Assembly (NCBI GenBank): GCA_963723875.1
Contig: CAVRSN010000012.1
Coordinates: forward strand, 24,673 to 88,672
DNA: 64,000 nucleotides
Direction of reading: 5' to 3'
Source: an uncultured Actinomycetota bacterium
Lineage (GTDB): Bacteria; Actinomycetota; Actinomycetes; Propionibacteriales; Nocardioidaceae
Under the pieces are notes generated by a model. It made no database searches and was not told the origin of the DNA. It worked only from the letters and a program-made list of their open reading frames with translations. Position numbers and translations under genes: made by a program. Position 1 is the stretch's first letter; every line of letters begins with the position of its first letter. Below are positions 1 to 8,573 of the stretch, piece by piece.

Positions 1-286
1 GCGTCCATGCCCTTAGAAGCAACGAAGGTACGGACGAAACGGATGTCGGAGGACGGACTTCGTTGAGGGCGAGAATTGTTGGGCTTCTGTCGAGTTGGTG
101 TCGGCACCGGGCGACGTTTGAGTACGGTGGTCGATATGGGCAGGACACCGATGGTTGGACGGCGGTGCCGGCTGCCTGCCTATGACTGCTGTGACGACGA
201 GGGCCGAGCGGCCTGAGAGCTGACGCCCACCGGGTCAGCCGAGCGCTCGTGTCCGCCCACTCGTCTCTCTGACCGGAGTTACAGCT

Positions 287-1225
287 GTGCCCATCTCGTC
301 GTCGTACCGTCATGTCCTTCTGCTGGTCGCTGCCACTGCCTGTTGGGGGTGCGGCACCGTACTGAGCAAACAGGTACTTGATCGCGGGGTGGCGCCACTG
401 ACCCTGCTTGCTATTGAACTCACCGCCAGCGTCTTCCTCTTGCTGCTGGCAACGTTGTTGATTGGGCTACGGGTGACCTCGTCACCGGCGATGGTCAAGC
501 TCGCCGTCCTTGGCTTCCTCAATCCCGGTTTGGCATACGCGCTTGGGTTGTTGGGATTGGTGAGCATCACTGCCAGCATGTCGGTGCTGTTGTGGGCGAC
601 CGAGCCGATCCTGATCATGCTGCTCGCCGTCTTGGTGTTGCGGGAGCGGATCGCGCCGGCAACAGCTGTGGCGGTGGCCGCGGCAATGGTCGGGGTAGTG
701 CTGGTGATCTACCGCCCGGGCGCATCTGGGGATGCCATCGGTGTGGCGTTGACCATTGCCGCGGTCGCGTGCTGTGCGTTCTATGCGGTGCTCACCCGAA
801 GGCTGCTCCTCGACGACAGCTCCCTGGCCGTCGTCCTTGTTCAACAGGTCGCAGCCCTCTGCTTCGCCGTCGTCGTTGCCGGAATCGCCTCAGCCATAGG
901 CGCCGCCGACCTCGGCGTGCCTGAGGACCTCGCGACGTGGGCACTCGCGGCAGCATCCGGGATGGTCTACTACGGCTTCGCGTTCTGGTTCTTCGTAGGC
1001 GGTCTGCGGGGCGTACCAGCCTCGGTCGCCGGGAGCTTCCTGCCGCTGATCCCCGTCTTCGGACTCGCCGCCGCGTACGTGCTTGGCGACCGGTTCATCG
1101 ACCGCCAATGGGTCGGCGCAGTCCTAGTGATTCTGGCTGCGGCGGTCGCGGCGATTTGGCACCTGTCCCGTCCCTCAGGAGCCACCGGGGAACCCAAGAA
1201 CTCACGCACGTCGCAGCCGGGGTGA
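287..1225 (+). CDS. EamA/DMT-family membrane transporter
   Basis: 312-aa ORF with a GTG start and about ten hydrophobic helices in two EamA-like halves. Codon third-position GC is visibly lower than in the rest of the window. Confidence 0.75.
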   Translation: MPISSSYRHVLLLVAATACWGCGTVLSKQVLDRGVAPLTLLAIELTASVFLLLLATLLIGLRVTSSPAMVKLAVLGFLNPGLAYALGLLGLVSITASMSVLLWATEPILIMLLAVLVLRERIAPATAVAVAAAMVGVVLVIYRPGASGDAIGVALTIAAVACCAFYAVLTRRLLLDDSSLAVVLVQQVAALCFAVVVAGIASAIGAADLGVPEDLATWALAAASGMVYYGFAFWFFVGGLRGVPASVAGSFLPLIPVFGLAAAYVLGDRFIDRQWVGAVLVILAAAVAAIWHLSRPSGATGEPKNSRTSQPG

Positions 1226-1291
1226 GGCATCCGGACGTTCGCTGGGATGTGTGCTTTCCCCGCGGCGGTGCGATCGCCATTCGCCGTGGCT

Positions 1292-1477
1292 GGCGCGATC
1301 TGCGGCGTACTCGCTCCAATCTCGTGCCGCGAGGGCAGCCCACCGGGCAGCCGTGTTGCGGGCGATGCCGAGAAGGTCGGCCAGGACCGGAGTCGGCACC
1401 GACGCAGCGAGCGAGAACAGTGCGGCGCTGCGGGACTGTCGGGGCTTGATGCCGTGCGCGACGAGAACTCGGCGGAT
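1292..1477 (-). pseudogene. Possible recombinase C-terminal tail fragment
   Basis: Residues ~51-112 of minus ORF 1202..1627 read GIKPRQSRSAALFSLAASVPTPVLADLLGIARNTAARWAALAARDWSEYAA. From memory this resembles the HTH-like tail of some actinobacterial site-specific recombinases. There is no plausible start and no catalytic region. Confidence 0.3.
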
Positions 1478-1496
1478 TGGTTCGGTGGCGATAGGT

Positions 1497-1953
1497 CTGC
1501 CAGGTAGGCGTCCTCGCGACAGCCGGTGGCTGGCGCGGTGGCGCGACCCGGGTGGCAGGCAACGAAAGCGGTCCTTCGACCGGAAGATCGACGCGCAGCG
1601 CTGGCTGGACCAGGTGCGGGCCGACATGCACCGCGGTCAGTACGTCGACCCGCGCGCCGGCTCGGTCCGGCTCCGAGAGATCGCCACGGCGTGGGCCGGC
1701 GGGCTCGCGCACCTCAAGGAGTCGACGGCGGTCCGCTACCGCGGGATCGTCGCCACATATGTCCTGCCGGCGTTCGGTAACTGGCAGCTCGACCAGGTCC
1801 GACGTGAAGGCCGTGCAGCAGATGCTGGGCCACGCCTCGGCGGCCATGACGCTCGATGTCTACGCCGGGCTCTTCGAGGACGACCTCGACTCGGTCGCGG
1901 CGGCTCTGGACGTGCTGCTGACCGCGGCGAGCGACGACGACACGTCTGCGTGA
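1497..1953 (+). pseudogene. Phage-type tyrosine integrase remnant (internal deletion and frame change)
   Basis: The N-terminal integrase region (RKRSFDRKIDAQRWLDQVRADMHRGQYVDPRAG...TAVRYRGIVATYVLPAFGNWQLDQV, frame of ORF 1251) switches near 1800. It continues in the frame of ORF 1552 with only the extreme C-terminus (DVKAVQQMLGHASAAMTLDVYAGLFEDDLD). The catalytic core is missing. The fragment lies next to the 3' end of the tRNA. Confidence 0.7.
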
Positions 1954-2089
1954 CCGGCGGACATCTGCCGCTGAGGCGGGTCCTGTCTCGACGTGGTGTG
2001 CCACATCTGTGCCTCGAACAGGTGGTGAGGCGAGTGGTGAGCACTCACCACTCGGCCGCACACCCCTTCTGACCAGCAGTAACCGTGAG

Positions 2090-2162
2090 TAGGCCCTGTC
2101 GGGCTCGAACCGACGACCAGCGGATTAAAAGTCCGATGCTCTACCAACTGAGCTAAGGGCCC
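2090..2162 (-). tRNA. tRNA-Lys (anticodon UUU)
   Basis: 73-nt cloverleaf read on the minus strand: GGGCCCT-TA-GCTC-AGTTGGTA-GAGC-A-TCGGA-CTTTTAA-TCCGC-TGGTC-GTCGG-TTCGAGC-CCGAC-AGGGCCT-A. The anticodon is TTT and CCA is not encoded. Confidence 0.95.
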
Positions 2163-2241
2163 GCAGGACTCAGGAGTCTAGGGACAAAGGGACGACGCGG
2201 CCGAACGCGGGGGGCCGGCCCCGGCCGTCCGGAACGACGGA

Positions 2242-2269
2242 ACGTCCCGGCCCCCCTGGGCCGGGACGT
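2242..2269. terminator. GC-rich 12-bp-stem hairpin (possible terminator or insulator)
   Basis: ACGTCCCGGCCC-ccct-GGGCCGGGACGT, located between the tRNA 5' side and the end of the beta-helix gene. Confidence 0.4.
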
Positions 2270-2388
2270 CCGGTGGACTTCGTTTCCTGTCACCCCCGGG
2301 CTGGCGGTAGGAAACTTGGTCCGGTGCGGGAGTAAAGACTTCCGCGGGGGTTGAGAGCCGAAGCTCCCATCCGAGCCCGGGGAACCCC

Positions 2389-2402
2389 GACCCCTTGGGG
2401 TC
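2389..2402 (-). terminator. Short hairpin just downstream of the beta-helix gene stop
   Basis: GACCCC-tt-GGGGTC, 15 nt past the stop codon at 2417..2419. There is no U-tract, which is common in high-GC actinobacteria. Confidence 0.35.
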
Positions 2403-2416
2403 CCCCGGACCAGGTC

Positions 2417-3838
2417 TCAGGTGCGGTGGGTGAGCCGCTCGTTCCTGGCGCCGTTCCAGTGCGGCCCGTGGTGGCCCTTGCCGCCTTTGCCGCCTTTGCC
2501 GTCCTTGCCCTTGCCGTCCTTGCCCTTGCCACCCTTGCCGCCGTTGCCCTTGCCACCCTTGTGGCCCTTGGACTTGGCTTCGTAGGCGCCGATGTCAGCG
2601 CCGCGACGGCCGTCGCCGTTGCCGTCCACGCCGACCCGGACGCCGTTCAGGTCCTTCTTCATCGGAGCGGGCCGGCCGGCGTCGACCAGCGGGCTCTTGG
2701 CCGTCGGGATCATGCGCGAGCCCTTGAACTGCGGGTCGACGTAGCGGTCGCCGTTCATGAGGTTCAGGCCGCTCATCGAGCCACGCCAGTAGACGTTGTT
2801 GCCGCCCGTCATCGAGCCCTCGAGATAGCCGATCCGGCCGGCGACGTCGAGCACGTTGTTGTAGAGCATGAAGTAGCCGGCGGTGCAGCCGGCGTAGCAG
2901 GAGAAGCCGAGGGAGTTGGCACCGGTGAGCTTCACCGAGTTGTTCACGGCGACCGTGCCGCGGATAGGCCCGAAGACGTCCGCGTCACCGCGGGTGATCA
3001 GGAACTCGGTGTCCCGCAGGCTCGAGGTGACCTGGTTGTAGGCGTAGGTCGTGTCGGCGGAGCGGTTGTTGCCCAGCTCGGTGAAGGTCCGGTTGTTGCT
3101 GGCGGTGTTGTGGTGCACCAGGGTGCCGATGCCGCCGTAGATCTCGACCGCCGAACCGTCGGTGCCGAAGTCGGCGGACGCGGCCCAGTTGTCGGTGATG
3201 GTGTTGTAGGCGACCTCGGTGTTGTCGCCCTGGACGACCACGCCGACTGCGCCGTAGTCGTCGAAGGTGCCGGGGGTGTTGGGGGCCATCCGGTCGTTGT
3301 GGTGCAGGTAGTTGCGGACGACCTTGTTGTTCTTGGCATGTTCGCCCACGTCGATGCCGTGGACGTTGTGGACCGCCTCGACGTTGGTGATCACGTTGCC
3401 GGTGCCGTCACTCCAGATGCCGTTGGTGTTGCAGTACGACACCGTGAAGTCGGTCATCGTGATGTAGGAGCCGCCGACCTCGAGGCAGTCGCCGGTCACG
3501 ACCGGCTTGGCCCCCGAGCCGTACGCGCCGATGGTGATCGGGGCGCCGGCGGTGCCGGACCTCCAGACGGCGAGCTTGCCGGAGAAGGTGGCGCCGCGCT
3601 GCAGGAGCACCTGGTCACCCGCGTTCAGCGGCAGGCCGGAGGCCCGCGCGAGCGACTGGATCGGGCTGCCTGGAGAGGTGCCGCTGTTGGAGTCCGAGCC
3701 GGCGGGCGAGACGTAGTAGGTCGTGGCTCCGGCGGCGTGCGCGGTGGATGGCGCCAGGGCCAGCGTGGCGCCGACCGCGGCGGCGGCAAGGAGTGCCAAA
3801 TGGGCGGGGACGCGGAGGTGCGTGGACATCGGGGCCAT
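2417..3838 (-). CDS. Secreted right-handed beta-helix (pectate-lyase-fold) protein with a Lys/Gly-rich C-terminal tail
   Basis: Signal peptide MSTHLRVPAHLALLAAAAVGATLALAPSTAHA. Beta-helix-type repeats follow (YYVSPAGSDSNSG..., NVITNVEAVHNVHGIDVG, NNKVVRNYLHHND). The tail reads KGGKGNGGKGGKGKDGKGKDGKGGKGGKG. The start could be ATG 3838 or ATG 3829; the track ORF extends to 3967. Confidence 0.8.
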   Translation of the reverse strand: MAPMSTHLRVPAHLALLAAAAVGATLALAPSTAHAAGATTYYVSPAGSDSNSGTSPGSPIQSLARASGLPLNAGDQVLLQRGATFSGKLAVWRSGTAGAPITIGAYGSGAKPVVTGDCLEVGGSYITMTDFTVSYCNTNGIWSDGTGNVITNVEAVHNVHGIDVGEHAKNNKVVRNYLHHNDRMAPNTPGTFDDYGAVGVVVQGDNTEVAYNTITDNWAASADFGTDGSAVEIYGGIGTLVHHNTASNNRTFTELGNNRSADTTYAYNQVTSSLRDTEFLITRGDADVFGPIRGTVAVNNSVKLTGANSLGFSCYAGCTAGYFMLYNNVLDVAGRIGYLEGSMTGGNNVYWRGSMSGLNLMNGDRYVDPQFKGSRMIPTAKSPLVDAGRPAPMKKDLNGVRVGVDGNGDGRRGADIGAYEAKSKGHKGGKGNGGKGGKGKDGKGKDGKGGKGGKGHHGPHWNGARNERLTHRT

Positions 3839-3918
3839 CCAGGGGGTTGTGGTCCGTCGTCCGTGGGCCGTCGGGGGAACGGCCGGGGGTTCACGTCCGG
3901 CGGACCGGTGGGGGGTCC

Positions 3919-3939
3919 GTGACCTCGGGGGTAGGTCAC
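3919..3939. promoter_or_regulatory. Candidate operator: GTGACCT-N7-AGGTCAC inverted repeat
   Basis: Perfect 7-bp inverted repeat about 80-110 nt upstream of the beta-helix gene start. Confidence 0.3.
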
Positions 3940-4020
3940 GCCCACTAGGTTCGTCCGCCGGTAACAACCCGTGAAGATGTTCTGTAGATGATCAGTAGAT
4001 AGTCAGTGGCATAGTCATTT

Positions 4021-4032
4021 CGGACTAGTCCG
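4021..4032. promoter_or_regulatory. Perfect 12-bp palindrome CGGACTAGTCCG in an AT-richer divergent promoter region
   Basis: Read directly from the sequence. It lies beside ATAGTCA direct repeats (3999..4005 and 4011..4017) in the low-GC patch 3968..4100. Confidence 0.3.
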
Positions 4033-4485
4033 ATCGGCCCACGAGCGTGGGACACGCGGTGCTGGGCGTGACGAATGGGACGAGTGGTGATCCGTCCGGT
4101 ATAGACAATGGCAACAGTCCGGCCACCCGAAATACACGGAACGGTGACACGAGGGGCGTGTACAGCTCCGGCTCATGAGCGGCGCCGGTACGCCGGCCCC
4201 GCCCGCACTGAGCTACCGCACCCCGCAGTCACGCGGCCGCCGACCGAGCGTCACGTGCGTCCGTCCAGATCTGGGCTCCGACGGGTTTCCTCCTCGCCCG
4301 GTATTGGTACTGTTTGCGCCAGCAAGAGGTGCAACATCCAGCTGGTCTGACGCCGGTGGGGTTTTGGGACCAACGGCGTTTCTGCTTGTGGGGGAGACCC
4401 CCAGGTCGGGAGCGGCGAGTCACCGCATCTATTGCGGGGTCGTCGAGTTGGCGGCCTCACGCCCCGACTAAGGAGTAAGCGAGCA

Positions 4486-4689
4486 ATGGCTCAGGGCACC
4501 GTGAAGTGGTTCAACGCCGAGAAGGGTTTCGGCTTCATTGCGCAGGAGGACGGCGGAGACGACGTCTTCGTGCACTACTCGGCGATCCAGTCGCAGGGCT
4601 ACAAGTCCCTCGACGAGAACCAGAAGGTCGAGTTCGACGTCACCCAGGGCCCCAAGGGCCCGCAGGCGGAGAACGTTCGTCCTCTCTGA
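4486..4689 (+). CDS. cspA: Cold-shock protein (CspA family)
   Basis: [35 protein letters not shown]... contains the RNP1/RNP2 motifs. An AAGGAG RBS sits at 4470..4475. The upstream leader is long. Confidence 0.95.
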   Translation: MAQGTVKWFNAEKGFGFIAQEDGGDDVFVHYSAIQSQGYKSLDENQKVEFDVTQGPKGPQAENVRPL

Positions 4690-4705
4690 ATTTGGACCAC
4701 CGTCG

Positions 4706-4735
4706 CGAGACCCCACCCGAACGGGTGGGGTCTCG
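4706..4735 (+). terminator. Rho-independent terminator of cspA
   Basis: CGAGACCCCACCC-gaac-GGGTGGGGTCTCG followed by TGCGTTT. Confidence 0.8.
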
Positions 4736-4907
4736 TGCGTTTACGGGGTGAGGGTGCGGGGCACGGCCCTTGTGGGTGGTCTACCCACCACCCGATTTGA
4801 TCACTGTCTCTCGTGACCTCGACCACTACTCTGGGACTCATCAGGTGCATCCCGGGACCCCCTGTTCACACCCGGGACGGTACGTCTACGCAGAGGAAGG
4901 ACTCGGC

Positions 4908-5063
4908 GTGCACGATCAGTTCGACGTGACGCTCGAAGACGCCGACCTCCTGCGCGAGGTGGAGCTCACCACCAACCTGATCATCGCGGCCAGTGAGGCC
5001 GACGAGCACATGACGACTGCCGAGATCGACCGGATCCTCGGCGTCCGCCCTCGGTCCTCCTGA
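4908..5063 (+). CDS. Small acidic hypothetical protein (51 aa)
   Basis: GTG start preceded by GAGGAAGG. The product is VHDQFDVTLEDADLLREVELTTNLIIAASEADEHMTTAEIDRILGVRPRSS. The N-terminal part of the track ORF (4770) looks non-coding. Confidence 0.5.
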   Translation: MHDQFDVTLEDADLLREVELTTNLIIAASEADEHMTTAEIDRILGVRPRSS

Positions 5064-5223
5064 CGTCTGCGCGCCGTCGGCCACGCACTGGCATACCTCG
5101 CGCGCTGAGAAACCATCCCTTCGGGCGAGCGTGCCGCCGGCCGCGCCGGTTACTGACGGTCGTGCGCAAGCAGCGTTGGTGGCAGCGGCTGAGGCTGGCG
5201 CTGGGACACATCCTCAGCGTCTC

Positions 5224-6354
5224 CTAGCAAGTCGCAAACAAGACCGGTCCCGTAGACAGGTCGGACAGCACCGGGCTGTCGTCGACCGGCTTCAGCTCCA
5301 TCCGCACCACCGAGCCGTCCGCGGTCACCGGCCCGAGCGCGAACCGCTCGTTGAAATCGCCGCCCTGGCCGGGTGCGGGCCCGGCGGCGAGCTTGGCGCG
5401 GCTGTCGGCGTTGCGTCGGGCCTGGTCGTCGGTCTCGAACGCCATCGCCACCGTCACCTCCTGGTCCGCCTGGACAGCCATCGCGAAACCTGTCATCGGG
5501 TCGACGCGGCCGGCCTGGGCGACCAGCTGGTCGGCCGTGCTCTGGTCGTCCACGTCTGCCTGGGCCATGGCCAGCGACTTGCAGGCGAAGTCGCCGGTGT
5601 AGACGGCGGCGGACAAAGGCTCGGTCACCGCAGCCGCGACGTCGCTCAGGCCGTCGTCGTCAAGGTCGTCGTCGATTCCGCCGACCGCATCCCGCAGGTA
5701 CGGCCCGTTGTCGCTGGCGAGCAGCAGGTGCCTGTCAGGGTCGAGCGCGAGGTACTGGAACTGCGGGGACAGGCTGCCGCCGTTGCCCGCGGAGATCCGG
5801 GCCACCAGCTCCTCGCCGCCGCTCCACACACCGTCGTCCTCCGCCGGTCGTTCGTAGCCCAGCGCCTCGAGACCGTCGCCGAGCTCGCCGACGTCGAGGC
5901 GGTCCGGCAGCCCGGCGATGAGCACGGAGCCGATGTCGCCCTGGGCGAGCAGCTCCCACTCGACGTCGGCGGGTGAGACGCCGAAGGCCTGCTGCAGCAC
6001 TGTGGCCGACTCGACCATCGCCGAGCCGGAGGTGAGGTCGGCGTCGAACCCGTCGGACAGGAACTGCTCGACGTCCTCGGCCGACGAGCTGTCGTCGAGA
6101 TCGGCGCCTAGCTCGCGACGTACGCCGCCCCAGTCGGTCCACGAGTAGCGCGCGGTGTCCGCGGGAGCGTAAGCCAGCGCCTTCTCGAGGTCGGTGCGAT
6201 GGCTGCGCTGCCACCAGCGCACGCCGACCACGGCTGCGGTGGCGAGGAGGAGAAGGACCAGCGCTGCGCCGCCGACCACGGTCAGCCGGCGTCTCCACGG
6301 CTGTGCCAAACCGGGTCTCCTCCTCGTCACATGTTGGTGTGAGACTAGTGGCAT
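5224..6354 (-). CDS. Membrane-anchored acidic hypothetical protein
   Basis: A basic N-terminus is followed by one TM helix (LTVVGGAALVLLLLATAAVVGV) and a large Asp/Glu-rich domain. I recognise no family. The start is taken at the internal ATG (MPLVSHQ). Confidence 0.6.
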   Translation of the reverse strand: MPLVSHQHVTRRRPGLAQPWRRRLTVVGGAALVLLLLATAAVVGVRWWQRSHRTDLEKALAYAPADTARYSWTDWGGVRRELGADLDDSSSAEDVEQFLSDGFDADLTSGSAMVESATVLQQAFGVSPADVEWELLAQGDIGSVLIAGLPDRLDVGELGDGLEALGYERPAEDDGVWSGGEELVARISAGNGGSLSPQFQYLALDPDRHLLLASDNGPYLRDAVGGIDDDLDDDGLSDVAAAVTEPLSAAVYTGDFACKSLAMAQADVDDQSTADQLVAQAGRVDPMTGFAMAVQADQEVTVAMAFETDDQARRNADSRAKLAAGPAPGQGGDFNERFALGPVTADGSVVRMELKPVDDSPVLSDLSTGPVLFATC

Positions 6355-7246
6355 GCTCCCGCCCGCTGGTCGCGCGCATGAGGTCGTCTCGGCCGGAGCG
6401 GTGGTGCTGGGTCCGGGCGCAACGGTGCTTCTGGTGCACCGGCCGAAGTACGACGACTGGTCCTTCCCCAAGGGCAAGCTGGACCGCGGCGAGCACGCGA
6501 CCGCGGCCGCGGTGCGCGAGGTCGAGGAGGAGACCGGTCTTCGGATCCGGCTCGGAGTTCCGCTGGCCAGCCAGCGCTACCCGATCCGGGCCGGCACCAA
6601 GCTGGTGCACTACTGGATCGGCCGCGCGGTGGGCGACGACGACGTCGGAGGCTACGAGCCGAACGCCGAGATCGACGAGGTCGCCTGGTTCCCGATCGAC
6701 AAGGCCCGGCGCCGGCTGACCTACCAGTTCGACATCGACACGCTCGACGAGGCGCTCGCACACGAGCGGAAGACCCGCACCCTGGTGATCCTGCGGCACA
6801 GCAAGGCCCGCTCGCGCAAGGCCTGGCGCGCCGACGACCGGGAGCGCCCGCTGCTGGTCACCGGCAAGCACCAGGCCGGCAGGTTGGTGCCGTTGCTCTC
6901 GGCGTACGACGTGCGCCGGCTGGTCAGCTCGTCCAGCACCAGGTGCGTCCAGACCCTCGAGCCGTACGCCGCCGCGACCGGGAGCAAGCTGCGCACCGCG
7001 GACCTGCTCAGCGAGGAGGACGCCAGCCCGAAGGCCGTCCGTTCCGTGCTGTCCCCGTTGTTGGAGAGGCTGTACGACCGGCCGGCCTCGGCGGGGGGAA
7101 TCGTCGTCTGCACCCACCGGCCGGTGCTCCCGTGGGTCTTCGACGCCGTCGGGCTGGCGGACCCCGGGCTCGAGACCGGCGAGATGGTGGTCCTGCACCT
7201 ACGCAAGGGCCGGATCCGCATGGCCGAGAGGCACCTGGTCAACTAG
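6353..7246 (+). CDS. mutT1: Nudix hydrolase fused to a histidine-phosphatase (SixA-like) domain, MutT1-like
   Basis: Nudix box GKLDRGEHATAAAVREVEEETGL. The C-terminal half has LVILRHSKA (an RHG-type phosphatase motif). This is the same architecture as mycobacterial MutT1. Confidence 0.85.
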   Translation: MLPPAGRAHEVVSAGAVVLGPGATVLLVHRPKYDDWSFPKGKLDRGEHATAAAVREVEEETGLRIRLGVPLASQRYPIRAGTKLVHYWIGRAVGDDDVGGYEPNAEIDEVAWFPIDKARRRLTYQFDIDTLDEALAHERKTRTLVILRHSKARSRKAWRADDRERPLLVTGKHQAGRLVPLLSAYDVRRLVSSSSTRCVQTLEPYAAATGSKLRTADLLSEEDASPKAVRSVLSPLLERLYDRPASAGGIVVCTHRPVLPWVFDAVGLADPGLETGEMVVLHLRKGRIRMAERHLVN

Positions 7247-7275
7247 TTCTCTACCCTCGTGAGTTTCGGCCCCGA

Positions 7276-7316
7276 GACCATGGCGACGCTCCGCGGGCTC
7301 CGCAGTCGCCATGGTC
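7276..7316 (+). terminator. 12-bp-stem hairpin after mutT1
   Basis: GACCATGGCGAC-N17-GTCGCCATGGTC, 30 nt after the stop codon. Confidence 0.5.
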
Positions 7317-7449
7317 ATCGGGGCCGATCACGAGGCGCGCTCGCTGCGCGAGCAACGCTCGACTCGCTCCGCTCGCTCGCCGCGATGGATGAGCTCGACT
7401 TCGCTTCCCTGGTCTGCTGCCACGGACAATTGAGCGGCATCGCGCTGTC

Positions 7450-7567
7450 GTTCACGTGACAGTCGACTCACGCCTGCGCCGACGCCATGAGACGGACTGC
7501 CCCCGTTCACGTCTCGTTCACCCGCGCCCACAGGACAGGACACCTCTCCTCCCTACGTTCACGTCGT
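7450..7567 (+). promoter_or_regulatory. PHO-box-like direct repeats (PhoP-type) upstream of pstS
   Basis: GTTCAC-type 11-nt units are found at 7450 (GTTCACGTGAC), 7505 (GTTCACGTCTC), 7516 (GTTCACCCGCG) and 7557 (GTTCACGTCGT). The first three are in 11-nt phase (55 and 11 nt apart). They match the Streptomyces PHO-box core GTTCACC. Confidence 0.55.
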
Positions 7568-7595
7568 AAGTCCCGAGCAGACTCAGGAGAAACGT

Positions 7596-8552
7596 GTGAA
7601 CAGCAAGTCCATTCGCCGCGCGGTCCTTCCCGGCGTGGCCGCACTGGCCCTTGTCCTGTCCGCCTGCGGCGGCGACGCAAGCGGCGACGGGGGTGACGGG
7701 GACGACGTCAGCGGATCGGTGCTGGTCGACGGCTCGTCGACGGTGTTCCCGATGAGCGACGCCGCCGCCGAGCTCCTCAGCGAGGAGAACTCCGGCATCG
7801 AGGTCTCCGTCTCCGAGTCCGGCACTGGCGGCGGGTTCGAGAAGTTCTGCGCCGGCCAGACCGACATCTCCGACGCGTCGCGGCCCATCGACGAGGAGGA
7901 GGTCGCTGCGTGTGAGGCCGAGGGCATCGAGTACACCGAGCTCCAGGTGGCCACCGACGCGCTCACCGTCGTGGTGCACCCCGACCTGGCTGTCGACTGC
8001 CTCACCACCGACCAGCTCATCCAGCTCTGGGCACCCGGCTCGACGGTCACCAACTGGCAGGACCTCGACCCGAGCTTCCCCGACCAGGAGATCGCGCTCT
8101 TCGGCCCCGGCACCGACTCCGGCACCTACAGCTACATGGCTGAAGACGTGATCGGTGACGAGTCGGAGACGACGCGGGACGACTACGAGGCCTCCGAGGA
8201 CGACAACGTGCTCGTCCAGGGCGTCGCCGGCACCGAGGGCGCCACCGGGTACTTCGGCTACACCTACTACGAGGAGAACTCCGACAGCCTCAAGGCGCTC
8301 GCCATCGACGACGGCAACGGGTGTGTCGAGCCCTCGGCCGAGACGGCCCAGGCGGGGGAGTACACGCCCCTGTCCCGACCGCTGTTCATCTACGTGAGCA
8401 ACGCGTCGTACGCCGAGAAGGAGGCGGTCAAGGCCTACGTCGACTTCTACATCGAGAACCTCGCGGAGATCGCCGAGGTCGCGCTGTTCATCCCGCTGAG
8501 CGACGAGCTCTACGCCGAGACGCAGACGGCCCTCGAGGGCATCGCGAGCTGA
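7596..8552 (+). CDS. pstS: Phosphate ABC transporter substrate-binding lipoprotein
   Basis: GTG start after AGGAGA, lipobox LVLSACGG, PstS-like body. Confidence 0.9.
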   Translation: MNSKSIRRAVLPGVAALALVLSACGGDASGDGGDGDDVSGSVLVDGSSTVFPMSDAAAELLSEENSGIEVSVSESGTGGGFEKFCAGQTDISDASRPIDEEEVAACEAEGIEYTELQVATDALTVVVHPDLAVDCLTTDQLIQLWAPGSTVTNWQDLDPSFPDQEIALFGPGTDSGTYSYMAEDVIGDESETTRDDYEASEDDNVLVQGVAGTEGATGYFGYTYYEENSDSLKALAIDDGNGCVEPSAETAQAGEYTPLSRPLFIYVSNASYAEKEAVKAYVDFYIENLAEIAEVALFIPLSDELYAETQTALEGIAS

Positions 8553-8573
8553 CGAGAGGTTCCTCACCAGCTC

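Noticed and set aside
4195-4235. A tRNA-like stretch on the minus strand (GGGGTGCGGTAGCTCAGTGCGGGC)
   Set aside because: It resembles only a tRNA 5' acceptor/D-arm. There is no anticodon stem, no GTTCGA-type T-loop and no matching 3' acceptor, so it is not a tRNA gene. It could at most be an old att or tRNA fragment, which I cannot support.
7259-7459. A 66-aa ORF in the mutT1-pstS intergenic region
   Set aside because: It overlaps the mutT1 terminator hairpin and the PHO-box array. Its composition is Arg/Ser/Leu-rich and there is no RBS.
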